Of a stretch of DNA of 50,289 bases, positions 31,568 to 40,316 are shown piece by piece. The notes beneath the pieces were generated by a model. That model saw only the letters and a program-made list of their open reading frames with translations, had not been told where the DNA came from and searched no databases. Where the stretch lies: the NCBI GenBank assembly GCA_031258095.1, contig JAIRNK010000024.1, positions 1-50,289 on the forward strand. The letters run 5' to 3'. Numbering within the stretch: position 1 is the stretch's first letter; each line of letters begins with the position of its first letter. Made by a program: the position numbers and the translations under genes. This DNA is from Holosporales bacterium. GTDB taxonomy: Bacteria > Pseudomonadota > Alphaproteobacteria > BNTO01.

Positions 31568-31663
31568 TATACATATCCCATCTGACTCTTCGGGTTTTAT
31601 TGAAGCTCAAAGCATTGTAAAACTACAAAAATCCACCCGGAGCGTCAGTCGGGAGCCCTGTAT
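31568..31663 (+). repeat. Family-B element, B2 left arm/centre with a B1-like right arm (chimeric)
   Basis: CCCATCTGACTCTTCGGGTTTTATTGAAGCTCAAAGCATTGTAAAACTACAAAAATCCACCCGGAGCGTCAGTCGGGAGCC. Confidence 0.85.
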
Positions 31664-31755
31664 GCACATCCCATCTGACGTTCCGGGTTTCTTGAGAGCT
31701 CAAAGCCTGCAACATCAGGATTTGTTCCCCGGAGCGTCAGTCGGGAGCCCTGTAT
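31660..31755 (+). repeat. Family-B element, subtype B1, abutting the previous copy
   Basis: CCCATCTGACGTTCCGGGTTTCTTGAGAGCTCAAAGCCTGCAACATCAGGATTTGTTCCCCGGAGCGTCAGTCGGGAGCCCTGTAT. Confidence 0.85.
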
Positions 31756-31774
31756 GCGGTTGGTCTGCGCTTTT

Positions 31775-32458
31775 TTAGATGTCCGAACTCAGAGATTTTG
31801 CGTTATGCCAAGGGCACAAATTTCGGACATGACACTTCTCACACTTAGGCGCTTGCGCCGAGCACACATATCGACCGTGCAGAACAAGCCAATGGTTAAC
31901 GCGATTCCAAAAATTTTGCGGGATGATTTCGTACAAATCCTCATTCAACTCTTCGGGGGTATCTGCGCGCGAGAGCCCTAATCGACGAGACACGCGAAAA
32001 ACGTGCGTATCAACGCCAATATCACTGGTGCCAGCCAGCACATTGAGCACTACGCGTGCTGTTTTGCTGCCAACTCCGTGAAGCTTGAGCAGGTCATCGA
32101 ATACAAGCGGCACCTCCCCCGAAAAGTCGTCGATTAACATTTTGCTCATTTCATATATATGGCGCGCTTTTGTTTTGTAGTAGTTTATGGATTTTATTAA
32201 ATCGGCTAAATGCTGTTCATCGTGCGCCAAAATTGCGTCAGGATTTTCCAACGCCTTCAAATTTTGCGCCATAATTTTATTAACAGATTTGTCTGTGGCT
32301 TGGGCTGATAACATAACCGCCACTAAAAAAGAAAAATTGGTAGAGTAAATCAATTCAGTTTGCGGACGAGGATCGTGCTTTTCAAAAAACTCAAATATTT
32401 GCTGCGCATTTTTTGTGCGAAGGCCGTTTAATTTTGCAGTTTTGCGAGATTTTTCCAA
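31775..32458 (-). CDS. nth: Endonuclease III (DNA glycosylase/AP lyase)
   Basis: HhH-GPD region LLKLHGVGSKTARVVLN and C-terminal 4Fe-4S cluster CSAQAPKCEKCHVRNLCP. Confidence 0.92.
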   Translation of the reverse strand: MEKSRKTAKLNGLRTKNAQQIFEFFEKHDPRPQTELIYSTNFSFLVAVMLSAQATDKSVNKIMAQNLKALENPDAILAHDEQHLADLIKSINYYKTKARHIYEMSKMLIDDFSGEVPLVFDDLLKLHGVGSKTARVVLNVLAGTSDIGVDTHVFRVSRRLGLSRADTPEELNEDLYEIIPQNFWNRVNHWLVLHGRYVCSAQAPKCEKCHVRNLCPWHNAKSLSSDI

Positions 32459-32607
32459 CGAACGAAGTCCACTCCTATGAGCACGTGTGCTTTACGGTGC
32501 GCATGCTCACAACCCACTCGGGCCCAGTCTATCATTTAAGAATGATGTCACTGACACCATTTTCGTTACCATTAGTCGATTTTTGCAGAAACATTGTTTG
32601 CAAGGAT

Positions 32608-32709
32608 TATACGTATACATATCTCATCTGACTCTTCGGGTTTTATTGAAGTTCAAAGCATTGTAAATCTACAAAAATCCACCCGGCGAGTCAGTCGGGA
32701 GCCTATGTA
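32608..32709 (+). repeat. Family-B element, subtype B2
   Basis: CTCATCTGACTCTTCGGGTTTTATTGAAGTTCAAAGCATTGTAAATCTACAAAAATCCACCCGGCGAGTCAGTCGGGAGCC. Confidence 0.85.
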
Positions 32710-32732
32710 CTTGCGCTTGACGGCCTGGCGAC

Positions 32733-33459
32733 CTAGCCAAATGCAACTGTGCGTGTTTCACGCTGATGCTGTGCCGCTTTTTTTAATTTTTTGATGGCCC
32801 TAATCTCTATTTTGCGCACTCCTTCCACGGATAGCCCAATGCATTTAGATATTGATTCCAGGGTTCGAAGAGTGTCTCCGCCGTAACGAGCTCTGATAAC
32901 GTTGCGTTCTTTGCGAGACAGAACGCCCAGAGATTTTTTTAACGTTCGTCGCTTATTCGACAATTCGTCGCGCATCAACAAGCTTTCCTCTTGTGTGCTC
33001 GCTTGGTCCGGAATTAAATCCAGCAAACAGCGACTTTCGCCAATCCTTTGCTCTAATGAAGCATCCGCAACCACGTAATTCCCACCCTGGCGGGGCGATC
33101 CGAATCTATCTGTCCTGCGTACAACTGACATGGTGCGCCGAACCCATTTGCTTGTGTACGCTCTGATCCAATACAGCGCATAGGTTGCTAATAGGGTACC
33201 CCTTGAAGGATCGAACAATTGTATGGCGCGAAAGAGACCCAATACCCCTTCGGAAAAAATTTCCTCAACATCTATTGCGCGGTTCCAGCGTGCCACATTT
33301 TTCGATACCTTCATAACCAGCTTTAAGTGACAGCACAAGCGTATCACGTCCAGTCCGAGAAGCGCATGCTTTCCATTGACGAAAGGCTAGTGCTTCTTCT
33401 TCCTTCGATAAATTGGGGGTCAAACGAATAATATCAAGGAAGGATATCGAGTGGCTCAT
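32733..33459 (-). pseudogene. Sigma-70-family (RpoH-like) sigma factor split by an apparent frameshift
   Basis: Frame 1 (33459-33265) encodes LSKEEEALAFRQW...GRDTLVLS. Frame 2 (33347-32733) continues HLKLVMKVSKNV...DVEEIFSEGVLGLFRAIQLFDP...TYALYWIRAY...IRARYGG..LSVEGVRKIEIRAIKKL. The two parts are colinear with sigma regions 2 and 4 only if the frame shifts near 33327-33332. Confidence 0.6.
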
Positions 33460-33543
33460 CCATTTTTATCGTAAGGCTCTGAACGTCTATAAGTATAGTA
33501 CTATACTTACAGGCAAAAATCAAAATCGAGATATTTATTTAAA

Positions 33544-34737
33544 CTAACGGTGTCTTTTTATAAAGACTACAACAGAAATACAGCTGATAACGCTAATGCA
33601 CACGCAATAAGCAAATGCATATCCGCTTTTCATTAGCCGTCCACATAAAGTATTAGAAATAAACAGACTTACCGCAATAATCAAGTAATAAAAACTAAAC
33701 CCCGTCCCTCTGTAGTGCGGTGGTACGATTTTGGAAACTTCCGAGCAAAAAACATTATGCATTAACCCAATCTGCAATCCCCACAAAACAACGCCGACTA
33801 AATATGTGACAAAGTGTGTTGCAATGGTCATTGTGAACAGCGATCCCATTGTGATGATCGTTCCTGCAAGCATCAAAGAAGATGCGCGAATTCTATCTGT
33901 TAATCGCCCTGTTCCGTACGCAGCTATTGCAGAAAAAACGTTGTAAACGAGCATTATTTCTTCGGTAACACTGTTGCTTAATTTAAACGATGCTTTTCCA
34001 TATAACATAATTAGTGTTTCGCTGATGCGACAGGACATAAATATTGCGACAATCACCATCAACCACCAATAGCGACGGTCAAGTTTAATGACATTTCGTA
34101 TTGAGAATCCTTGACGGGGCTCTCCCTGTTGTGATAGCTGCTGTGCTGGTGGATTTTTCGCATCGTGAAGACACGTAAAAATTAAGACAAACGCGCCCAG
34201 CGCCAAAATACTTGCTACCGTGAAAACTTTACGAAAGTCGTCGTGACAATGTTCTAGCAGGGCAAACACTAGTAAAACGCCTAATATCGCCCCTAGCGTC
34301 CCCATGCCTTGACGAATGCCGAAGCATGTCCCAATGATTTGCCGCGGTGCGTGATCGCAGACAAATGCGTCCCTTGGAGAAGCTTGTAATCCGTTGCCAA
34401 TTCGGTCAATTATCCGTCCAATCACCACGGCCGAGAAAGAGAAAAACAAGGTGGCGAGAACTTTGGATAGGGCAGAAAACAAGGCCCCTATGGCAAAGAT
34501 CAACTTACGCTGACTCAAATAGTCACTGATGATTCCTGAAATTACCTTTAGAACATACCCGGCGCCTTCAACGATCCCTTCTATTAACCCAATTTTGTCT
34601 GTTGAGGTTCCCATGCTTTCCAAAAATAGGCCGAATACTCCGAAAAACATCGCTGCAGACGCAGTAATGAGCATGGATGATACGCTAACAATCCAAATTT
34701 GAATGGGGATTCTTTTGGCGTCCATAAGATTGGTCAA
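33544..34737 (-). CDS. MFS-type transporter
   Basis: 397 aa, ~12 TM segments. The loop motif GRIIDRIGN between TM2 and TM3 is typical of MFS. Confidence 0.7.
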   Translation of the reverse strand: MTNLMDAKRIPIQIWIVSVSSMLITASAAMFFGVFGLFLESMGTSTDKIGLIEGIVEGAGYVLKVISGIISDYLSQRKLIFAIGALFSALSKVLATLFFSFSAVVIGRIIDRIGNGLQASPRDAFVCDHAPRQIIGTCFGIRQGMGTLGAILGVLLVFALLEHCHDDFRKVFTVASILALGAFVLIFTCLHDAKNPPAQQLSQQGEPRQGFSIRNVIKLDRRYWWLMVIVAIFMSCRISETLIMLYGKASFKLSNSVTEEIMLVYNVFSAIAAYGTGRLTDRIRASSLMLAGTIITMGSLFTMTIATHFVTYLVGVVLWGLQIGLMHNVFCSEVSKIVPPHYRGTGFSFYYLIIAVSLFISNTLCGRLMKSGYAFAYCVCISVISCISVVVFIKRHR

Positions 34738-34863
34738 GTGCTCCTTGAAGAACCGATTATATTTTTTTTGAAAGGATTGTTCAAGATGAGTTTGTATTTA
34801 TTAATTGATTATTAACCTTTTCGCGAGATAATACTCTATAGAACTTTTCTATAGGGTTTAAAT

Positions 34864-35970
34864 ATGGATAAAAAGGGGTTTTGTGGGCTATTTCTTCTTG
34901 CAGCAATGCAAGTGAACGTTCTAGATGCGTCTCGCCCTCGACGTGGCAGCACGTCGATGATAGTTGATTTGTCGTCACAATTCGCAAGTCGGGCAAGTGC
35001 AGTTCCACAGGGGCGCCAACCAATAAATTCGTACGAAATCATGTCCAGCGTGATTGAGCGTCAAGATGATGTTGAGTACCTTAACGCGATTGCAAACAAT
35101 CCAGAAGCCGTCGCTCAGCTTGTCGCATTAATTCAGCGGAACCCAGCCGCGAAAGATCAAGGGGTGTCATGTATTCAAATGCTAGAGCGAGCAAGTCAGT
35201 CATTGAACGGGGTTGCGCCATTGCCAATACAAATTGCTGCTCAATGTTTAACATTCGGAGCGAAGGGACTTAGCCTATTTGCTGAAAAAGCCAAAGCCCA
35301 CGTGAGCGACTTGAAATCCGGAATTTGGAGAAATGCTGATGGTAACAACGTGCTTCACGTCGGGGTCCATAATCGTATGAGAAAGTTAGTTGGGTGGGGT
35401 GTCGCCAATTGCCAACCAATAGTTTTTGACCAAACAAATAAACAGGGTTTTACACCGCGCCAATTAGCGCTATTTCACAAAAATTTAATCGAAGCGCAAC
35501 GCAGTAGCCATTTGTCGGAAAAGTCAGAGCTTGAAAGTCAGATTGAAGAACGTGTGAGTATCAAGAAAAAGGCGAAAGTTAGCCAAAATGTGAAACTAGC
35601 TGCGCTCAATAGTAAACTGGCAAAATGCGACAAAAATATCTCGCATTTTAACGCAATCATTGCGATGATAGACATGGCCGCGCCGTTTTTTTCTGCAAGT
35701 GAACTCGAAAGAGAAATAAGTGTGCCTGAACCTGTAAGTGTGTCTGAACCCGAAATGTTCGACTTTACGCATGTCACCACTCTCGAAGCACTCCAAATTG
35801 CAAGCGCGAAACTTAAAGCAGATTTATTCAATCATGGAAGCGGGCAAGTTGAAATGTCTCAAGAGAATGCACAAGAATTTGTCGATGCCTTTGACATACT
35901 TATGGACTTTTTAATGCTTACTCCACGCTTGTACAGTTTGGTCAATCAGGCGAGACAAGGCGTCGCTTAA
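34864..35970 (+). CDS. Hypothetical protein with possible degenerate ankyrin repeat(s) and a coiled-coil segment
   Basis: NADGNNVLHVGVHNRMRKLVGWGV...TNKQGFTPRQLALFHKNLIEAQ resembles ANK repeats. The start is uncertain (alternative ATG at 35041). Confidence 0.45.
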   Translation: MDKKGFCGLFLLAAMQVNVLDASRPRRGSTSMIVDLSSQFASRASAVPQGRQPINSYEIMSSVIERQDDVEYLNAIANNPEAVAQLVALIQRNPAAKDQGVSCIQMLERASQSLNGVAPLPIQIAAQCLTFGAKGLSLFAEKAKAHVSDLKSGIWRNADGNNVLHVGVHNRMRKLVGWGVANCQPIVFDQTNKQGFTPRQLALFHKNLIEAQRSSHLSEKSELESQIEERVSIKKKAKVSQNVKLAALNSKLAKCDKNISHFNAIIAMIDMAAPFFSASELEREISVPEPVSVSEPEMFDFTHVTTLEALQIASAKLKADLFNHGSGQVEMSQENAQEFVDAFDILMDFLMLTPRLYSLVNQARQGVA

Positions 35971-36164
35971 TCACGCTTTCTATAGGGTTCCTATATTAAA
36001 TATTAGGTGTCGACAGTCGTTCGTCCTTACTGGCGCTGGTTTTATTCCCTGCATTTCAGATGTGATTAGTCTGGAAGCTTCGTGCGCGCCAACATTTCAC
36101 GCGTATTGCTTTTTTGATACGATGTCGCTGTTTTCTACTTTATCCATTTCAACGAGAAGTGTCT

Positions 36165-37316
36165 ATGTCAAGAAACAGCGTCATCATTCGCGTCGATTTT
36201 AATGTTCCGGTGCAAGGCAGTAATATTTTGGACCCAATGCGCGTTTTGGCCGTAAAAAAAACTGTAGAATATTTCTCCTCTCGTCGAGTAATCCTGATAT
36301 CTCATTTCAGGGACCCCAAAAAAGGTGAAAGTGATCCTCAACAATTCTCTTTCGCGCCGATTCTTGACGATCTGAAGCGCTATCTTGAGCAAGACGTATT
36401 GTTACTCGGTTTATTTGACGAGAATTTGTCGAAAAAAATAGATGAAGCCCCTGAACGGACGCTGATCCTTTTGGACAATAGCCGTTTATGGCCGGGAGAA
36501 AAGGACTGCAGCGATGAACTAGCTCGGCGCATTGCGTCCCTGGGGACATTGTTCATAAACGAAGCGTTTTCCTGTTCTCATCGCGCGCACGCGTCCGTTG
36601 TCGGCGTCGCCAAATATCTGCCAACGTACCCTGGCTTGCACTTTCAGTCTGAGTTGTGCGCGTTATCGCGGGCATTAAACGCACCCGAGCGCCCGTTTCT
36701 GGCGATCATTGGCGGTTCTAAAATTTCCACAAAGCTTCCAATTTTAGAGAACTTGCTGCCCAAAGTTGATTTCATGGCGATTGGTGGTGCAATGGCGCAC
36801 ACATTTTTTGTCGCCTCACGATTATCTGTTGGGCAGTCACTTTTTGAGCAAGATTACGTTCCAAAAGCGAAGGAATTGCTTGACCTTTTCGCGGGTAAAA
36901 TTTTGTTGCCTCGTGATGTTGCGATTGCAAAAGATCTGGATTCTTCGCACAAGTTTGTCGACGCATCATCCATTCCAAACGACCACAGCGCGTTTGACAT
37001 TGGACCAAAGACAAGCAGGGCGTGGGGAGACTTATCTAAATGCTGCAAAACCGTTGTTTGGAACGGAACACTGGGCGTCGCCGAGCACCCACCATTTGAC
37101 TCGGGCTCCAAAACCGTATCCACATCAATTTGTAACTCAAACGCATTCAGCTTGGCAGGTGGGGGAGACACGCTGGCTTCGCTCGCGCAGTTTGGCGTCG
37201 CCGATAAATTTTCTCACGTGTGTACTGGTGGTGGAGCTTTTCTCGAGTGGCTTGCTGCTGGATCATTGCTGGCAGAACAAACTTTCACTGGGACGAGCTT
37301 TGATTTTGACTCATAA
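36165..37316 (+). CDS. pgk: Phosphoglycerate kinase (divergent)
   Basis: RVDFNVPV, FINEAFSCSHRAHAS, IIGGSKISTKLPILENLL, GGGDT, TGGGAFLEWL. The ORF is open from 36114; the ATG at 36165 fits the family N-terminus. Confidence 0.88.
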   Translation: MSRNSVIIRVDFNVPVQGSNILDPMRVLAVKKTVEYFSSRRVILISHFRDPKKGESDPQQFSFAPILDDLKRYLEQDVLLLGLFDENLSKKIDEAPERTLILLDNSRLWPGEKDCSDELARRIASLGTLFINEAFSCSHRAHASVVGVAKYLPTYPGLHFQSELCALSRALNAPERPFLAIIGGSKISTKLPILENLLPKVDFMAIGGAMAHTFFVASRLSVGQSLFEQDYVPKAKELLDLFAGKILLPRDVAIAKDLDSSHKFVDASSIPNDHSAFDIGPKTSRAWGDLSKCCKTVVWNGTLGVAEHPPFDSGSKTVSTSICNSNAFSLAGGGDTLASLAQFGVADKFSHVCTGGGAFLEWLAAGSLLAEQTFTGTSFDFDS

Positions 37317-37355
37317 AGCAGCTAACAAGGCTTTGCGAATCGATTTGCAGCAGAC

Positions 37356-39674
37356 TCAGCCTATCATATTGAACCCGCCCTTTAGTGCAGCGATCATTCC
37401 CCCTTGTGTCGTAGACATAAGGCTTCCATCCAGCGTTGCCTGAAGACCGCAATATTTCCCTTCTATTGTCCCTTTGCACTCCACCGTCAGACCTTCCAGC
37501 GTCGCGCCGATGGTCGCCTTTGCTCCCCAGTTCAACCCTTCCCCGCTCCACGCGACTTGCGCTTTTTGGTTAACGTTCAACCCCTCGATGTTGTGATCCA
37601 TTGTGGCTTTCTGCGATATGTTCATCCCTTCCGTAATGACGTCCATCGTCGCTTTTTCCGTAATGTTTTTTGTCGCGGTAATTTTTATTTCTCCCGTTGC
37701 GGTTATCTCAACATCTTTCGTTGCGGTTAGTAAGATCGAGGCTTGTGACTCAAATGCGATATCCTTTTGTGCCGTTACAGTTAAGCCGGCATCTGTTGTT
37801 ATTGCGATGTCTTTTTTGGCGGTAATCGTCATTTCGCCATCTTCGAAATTCATGATGTAATTGCCTTTTTTAAGGGTAATTACTTCATCTCCATCCTCTA
37901 GCTCAATTGTGAGCGACCCTTTTTTCAACGCGATTGAGTAATTTCCTTCCTCTATCGTCGTCTTTTTCTCACCCTTGGTAATTGTTGTTTCTAGCAAGCC
38001 ATCAACAATTTGTAGCTGATTGGTGGTCTTTTCCCCTTCTTGCTTAACCAAAAACGTATTTTCATTCGCAATTGACGACAATTCAAAATCTTTTGTCGCC
38101 TTAAACGTAATCTTTTCGTTCTCATCAGTATCGTCAAAGCTCATGACATTGGCGTTTTCATCTTTTTCCGGCGACGTCTTTGTTTTTAGCATCATGATGC
38201 GCGGCTCAGCAGGAACCTCGGCTGGCATTTTGTTGTCACCGTTGTACAAGCAGCCGATTATGACTGGGAGGTCCGGATTCCCATTTTCAAATGTTATAAG
38301 CGCTTCCATCCCAATGCGCGGAATGAAGGCTAGGCCAAAGCCATTCCCTGCCCAACCTTGCATGCATCGAACAGGGCACCCGTTGGCGCCGTCATATTCT
38401 CCTTCCCTATCCCAGTTAAATTGCACAAAGACGCGGCCTTCTTCATCGCAGTGAACTTCCTTATCGCTTGGGCCGACAACGATAGCCGTTTGAAAGCCGT
38501 AAGCCTTTGGTTTGGGAGTATTTCTCGGCGGGGCGAAGGGAACGTCAAACGGTAGCGCTGTGAATTTGTTTGTGTACCGCAAATATCGTTCATTTCTATT
38601 TGTTGTCGGGGCAGAAAAGGCGATTCGATGTTCAACAGAGTGAACTAAATATTTTTGATTTAAGTCGCTGCGTGCATGGTTTTCGACTGCAAACGCTGCG
38701 CCCGCCGCGAAATCCAGAACGGATCCTTCCCCGAACGCTAATTTCCCCGGCCAAACAATTTCTTCCAGCCGCTTGGCTCCAACTGTGCTGGCTCCGTCGC
38801 TGTCTATGTAGCCGCCAGGGTATTCATAAACTTCTCCGCCAAGGCCCTCGCCACTTTCTGCCGCTTTGAACAGTGCGCCTGGAGTCATGTAGTAAAAGTC
38901 TACGGCTGCAAAATCTTTGGCAATAATTTGATTCTGCGCGTTGAACATGGTCACGCAATTGACGGCATTCGTTCTAACCACGGTCATGTCGCACGGATCA
39001 ATATCAGTCGCGGCTTTGTTCGCATCCGCTAGTATCATCGTTGCGCCTGAATCAGCGAATTCGAAAAAATAAAAGATGCCTTCTTCTTCCATAAGGCGCG
39101 ACACGAAATTGTAGTTGGATTCGTTGTATTGCACGCAATACTCTCGCACCACTTTGCCTGCTGCGTTGACATTGTTGGTAAACGTGACATTGTCTTCTTG
39201 CAATACTGTTTCTATGATTTCGATTGTCGTTTTTTTCGAAAAGATGCGGAACGTTTTGTTTAACGTTGCGACCCAAAACTCCGGGCGCAACACAACGGAG
39301 TAATACGCGAACCCGGATTCACTTGACGCATCAACAATGTACGATGGCAATGCTCTTGCCTTTGCTACAATTCCCGCAAAAACGCGTTTCTTTTCTGTCT
39401 TTTGTAGCGTTATCGTTATAGCGACCTTTTCGCCCAGCAACTTGGATAAATCCAACGCTGAATCTGTCGAATACAGCCGTGCGTGGAATTCGAACAGAGA
39501 GGACAGCCCTTCGTGTCCAACCATACTGTCGAACAGTAAGTCCCCACCAGCAGGGCTTGTTACCTCAACCATTAACCCCTGGAGGGTTGTTGGCAGTGGG
39601 AACGGAGACAGCGGAACTTCAGCTAACGGGTCGTCAATTCTGTCTGGCGCATCGCGCCTGTAATTCGGAATCAT
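37356..39674 (-). CDS. vgrG: Type VI secretion spike protein VgrG (gpD/gp5-like core plus C-terminal beta-helix repeats)
   Basis: N-terminal LLFDSMVGHEGLSSLFEFHARLYS. gp5 OB-fold GFQTAIVVGPSDKEVHCDEEGRVFVQFNWDREG...CMQGWAGNGFGLAFIPRIGMEALITFENGNPDLPVIIGCLYN. C-terminal repeats ITAKKDIAITT/VTAQKDIAFES/LTATKDVEITA. Confidence 0.88.
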   Translation of the reverse strand: MIPNYRRDAPDRIDDPLAEVPLSPFPLPTTLQGLMVEVTSPAGGDLLFDSMVGHEGLSSLFEFHARLYSTDSALDLSKLLGEKVAITITLQKTEKKRVFAGIVAKARALPSYIVDASSESGFAYYSVVLRPEFWVATLNKTFRIFSKKTTIEIIETVLQEDNVTFTNNVNAAGKVVREYCVQYNESNYNFVSRLMEEEGIFYFFEFADSGATMILADANKAATDIDPCDMTVVRTNAVNCVTMFNAQNQIIAKDFAAVDFYYMTPGALFKAAESGEGLGGEVYEYPGGYIDSDGASTVGAKRLEEIVWPGKLAFGEGSVLDFAAGAAFAVENHARSDLNQKYLVHSVEHRIAFSAPTTNRNERYLRYTNKFTALPFDVPFAPPRNTPKPKAYGFQTAIVVGPSDKEVHCDEEGRVFVQFNWDREGEYDGANGCPVRCMQGWAGNGFGLAFIPRIGMEALITFENGNPDLPVIIGCLYNGDNKMPAEVPAEPRIMMLKTKTSPEKDENANVMSFDDTDENEKITFKATKDFELSSIANENTFLVKQEGEKTTNQLQIVDGLLETTITKGEKKTTIEEGNYSIALKKGSLTIELEDGDEVITLKKGNYIMNFEDGEMTITAKKDIAITTDAGLTVTAQKDIAFESQASILLTATKDVEITATGEIKITATKNITEKATMDVITEGMNISQKATMDHNIEGLNVNQKAQVAWSGEGLNWGAKATIGATLEGLTVECKGTIEGKYCGLQATLDGSLMSTTQGGMIAALKGGFNMIG

Positions 39675-39686
39675 GGCTTGCTATAA

Positions 39687-40316
39687 CTAAGACGCTTTCG
39701 TTTCTCCAGAAAGCCTTATGTAACTCACCACGCGAGCTGCGCCTTTGACGTGCGACGCGATGTCGATTACCTTATCCAACTCGTCTTGGGTCCTGGCAAT
39801 ACCGAGGATGTACACGATGTTGTTCACCGTTCTGATTGTGAAGTTGAGTGCTCGAACGCCAGGAAGTTTTAGCAATTTTGCTTTGATCTGCGACGTAATC
39901 CACGCGTCCCCAGCATAGTTTCTAATTGGTGGAATGTCAGACCGCTCGATATTATTATAGACCTGCTTGACGTGTTTGATCTTCCAGACAGCCATCTCAA
40001 CTCGGTCAATTTTGAATGTACTTGGCAGTGTTCCTGTCAAAAGTACTTCTCCCTCTTGTACATTAACACCTACGCGGGCATACACATCTGGACTAAATTT
40101 ATATAAACACCACGCCACGCGCTTCGCCAGCGCCATATCAGAAATAGACTCGCCGACGGTTTTTTCCTTTCTAGCCATGGCTCCTGCCGTAACCCCACCG
40201 CCGATTACCGTCATGGTGCAACGCGTTAGCGTTAAAACGGAGCCAAATCCAATCGACAAGACCAATAGCGCCCGTAATCCGACAAAATTCTTGAAAATTT
40301 TCACTGTTTCCTCCAC
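39687..40316 (-). CDS. Dual BON-domain protein (OsmY/DolP-like)
   Basis: N-terminal hydrophobic anchor followed by two BON-like units (VGVNVQEGEVLLTGTLPS..., ALNFTIRTVNNIVYILGIARTQDELDKVIDIASHVKGAARVVSYI). Confidence 0.7.
   Translation of the reverse strand: MEETVKIFKNFVGLRALLVLSIGFGSVLTLTRCTMTVIGGGVTAGAMARKEKTVGESISDMALAKRVAWCLYKFSPDVYARVGVNVQEGEVLLTGTLPSTFKIDRVEMAVWKIKHVKQVYNNIERSDIPPIRNYAGDAWITSQIKAKLLKLPGVRALNFTIRTVNNIVYILGIARTQDELDKVIDIASHVKGAARVVSYIRLSGETKAS

Noticed and set aside
36766-37443. 225-aa plus-strand ORF overlapping pgk. Long antisense ORFs also occur at 1184-1687, 5316-5813, 45576-46118 and 48996-49496.
   Set aside because: Each lies out of frame with, or antisense to, a gene that has strong family motifs (pgk, permease, ftsI, bioB). 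Their translations are low-complexity, Arg/Ser/Cys-rich and motif-free. They are most likely shadow ORFs.
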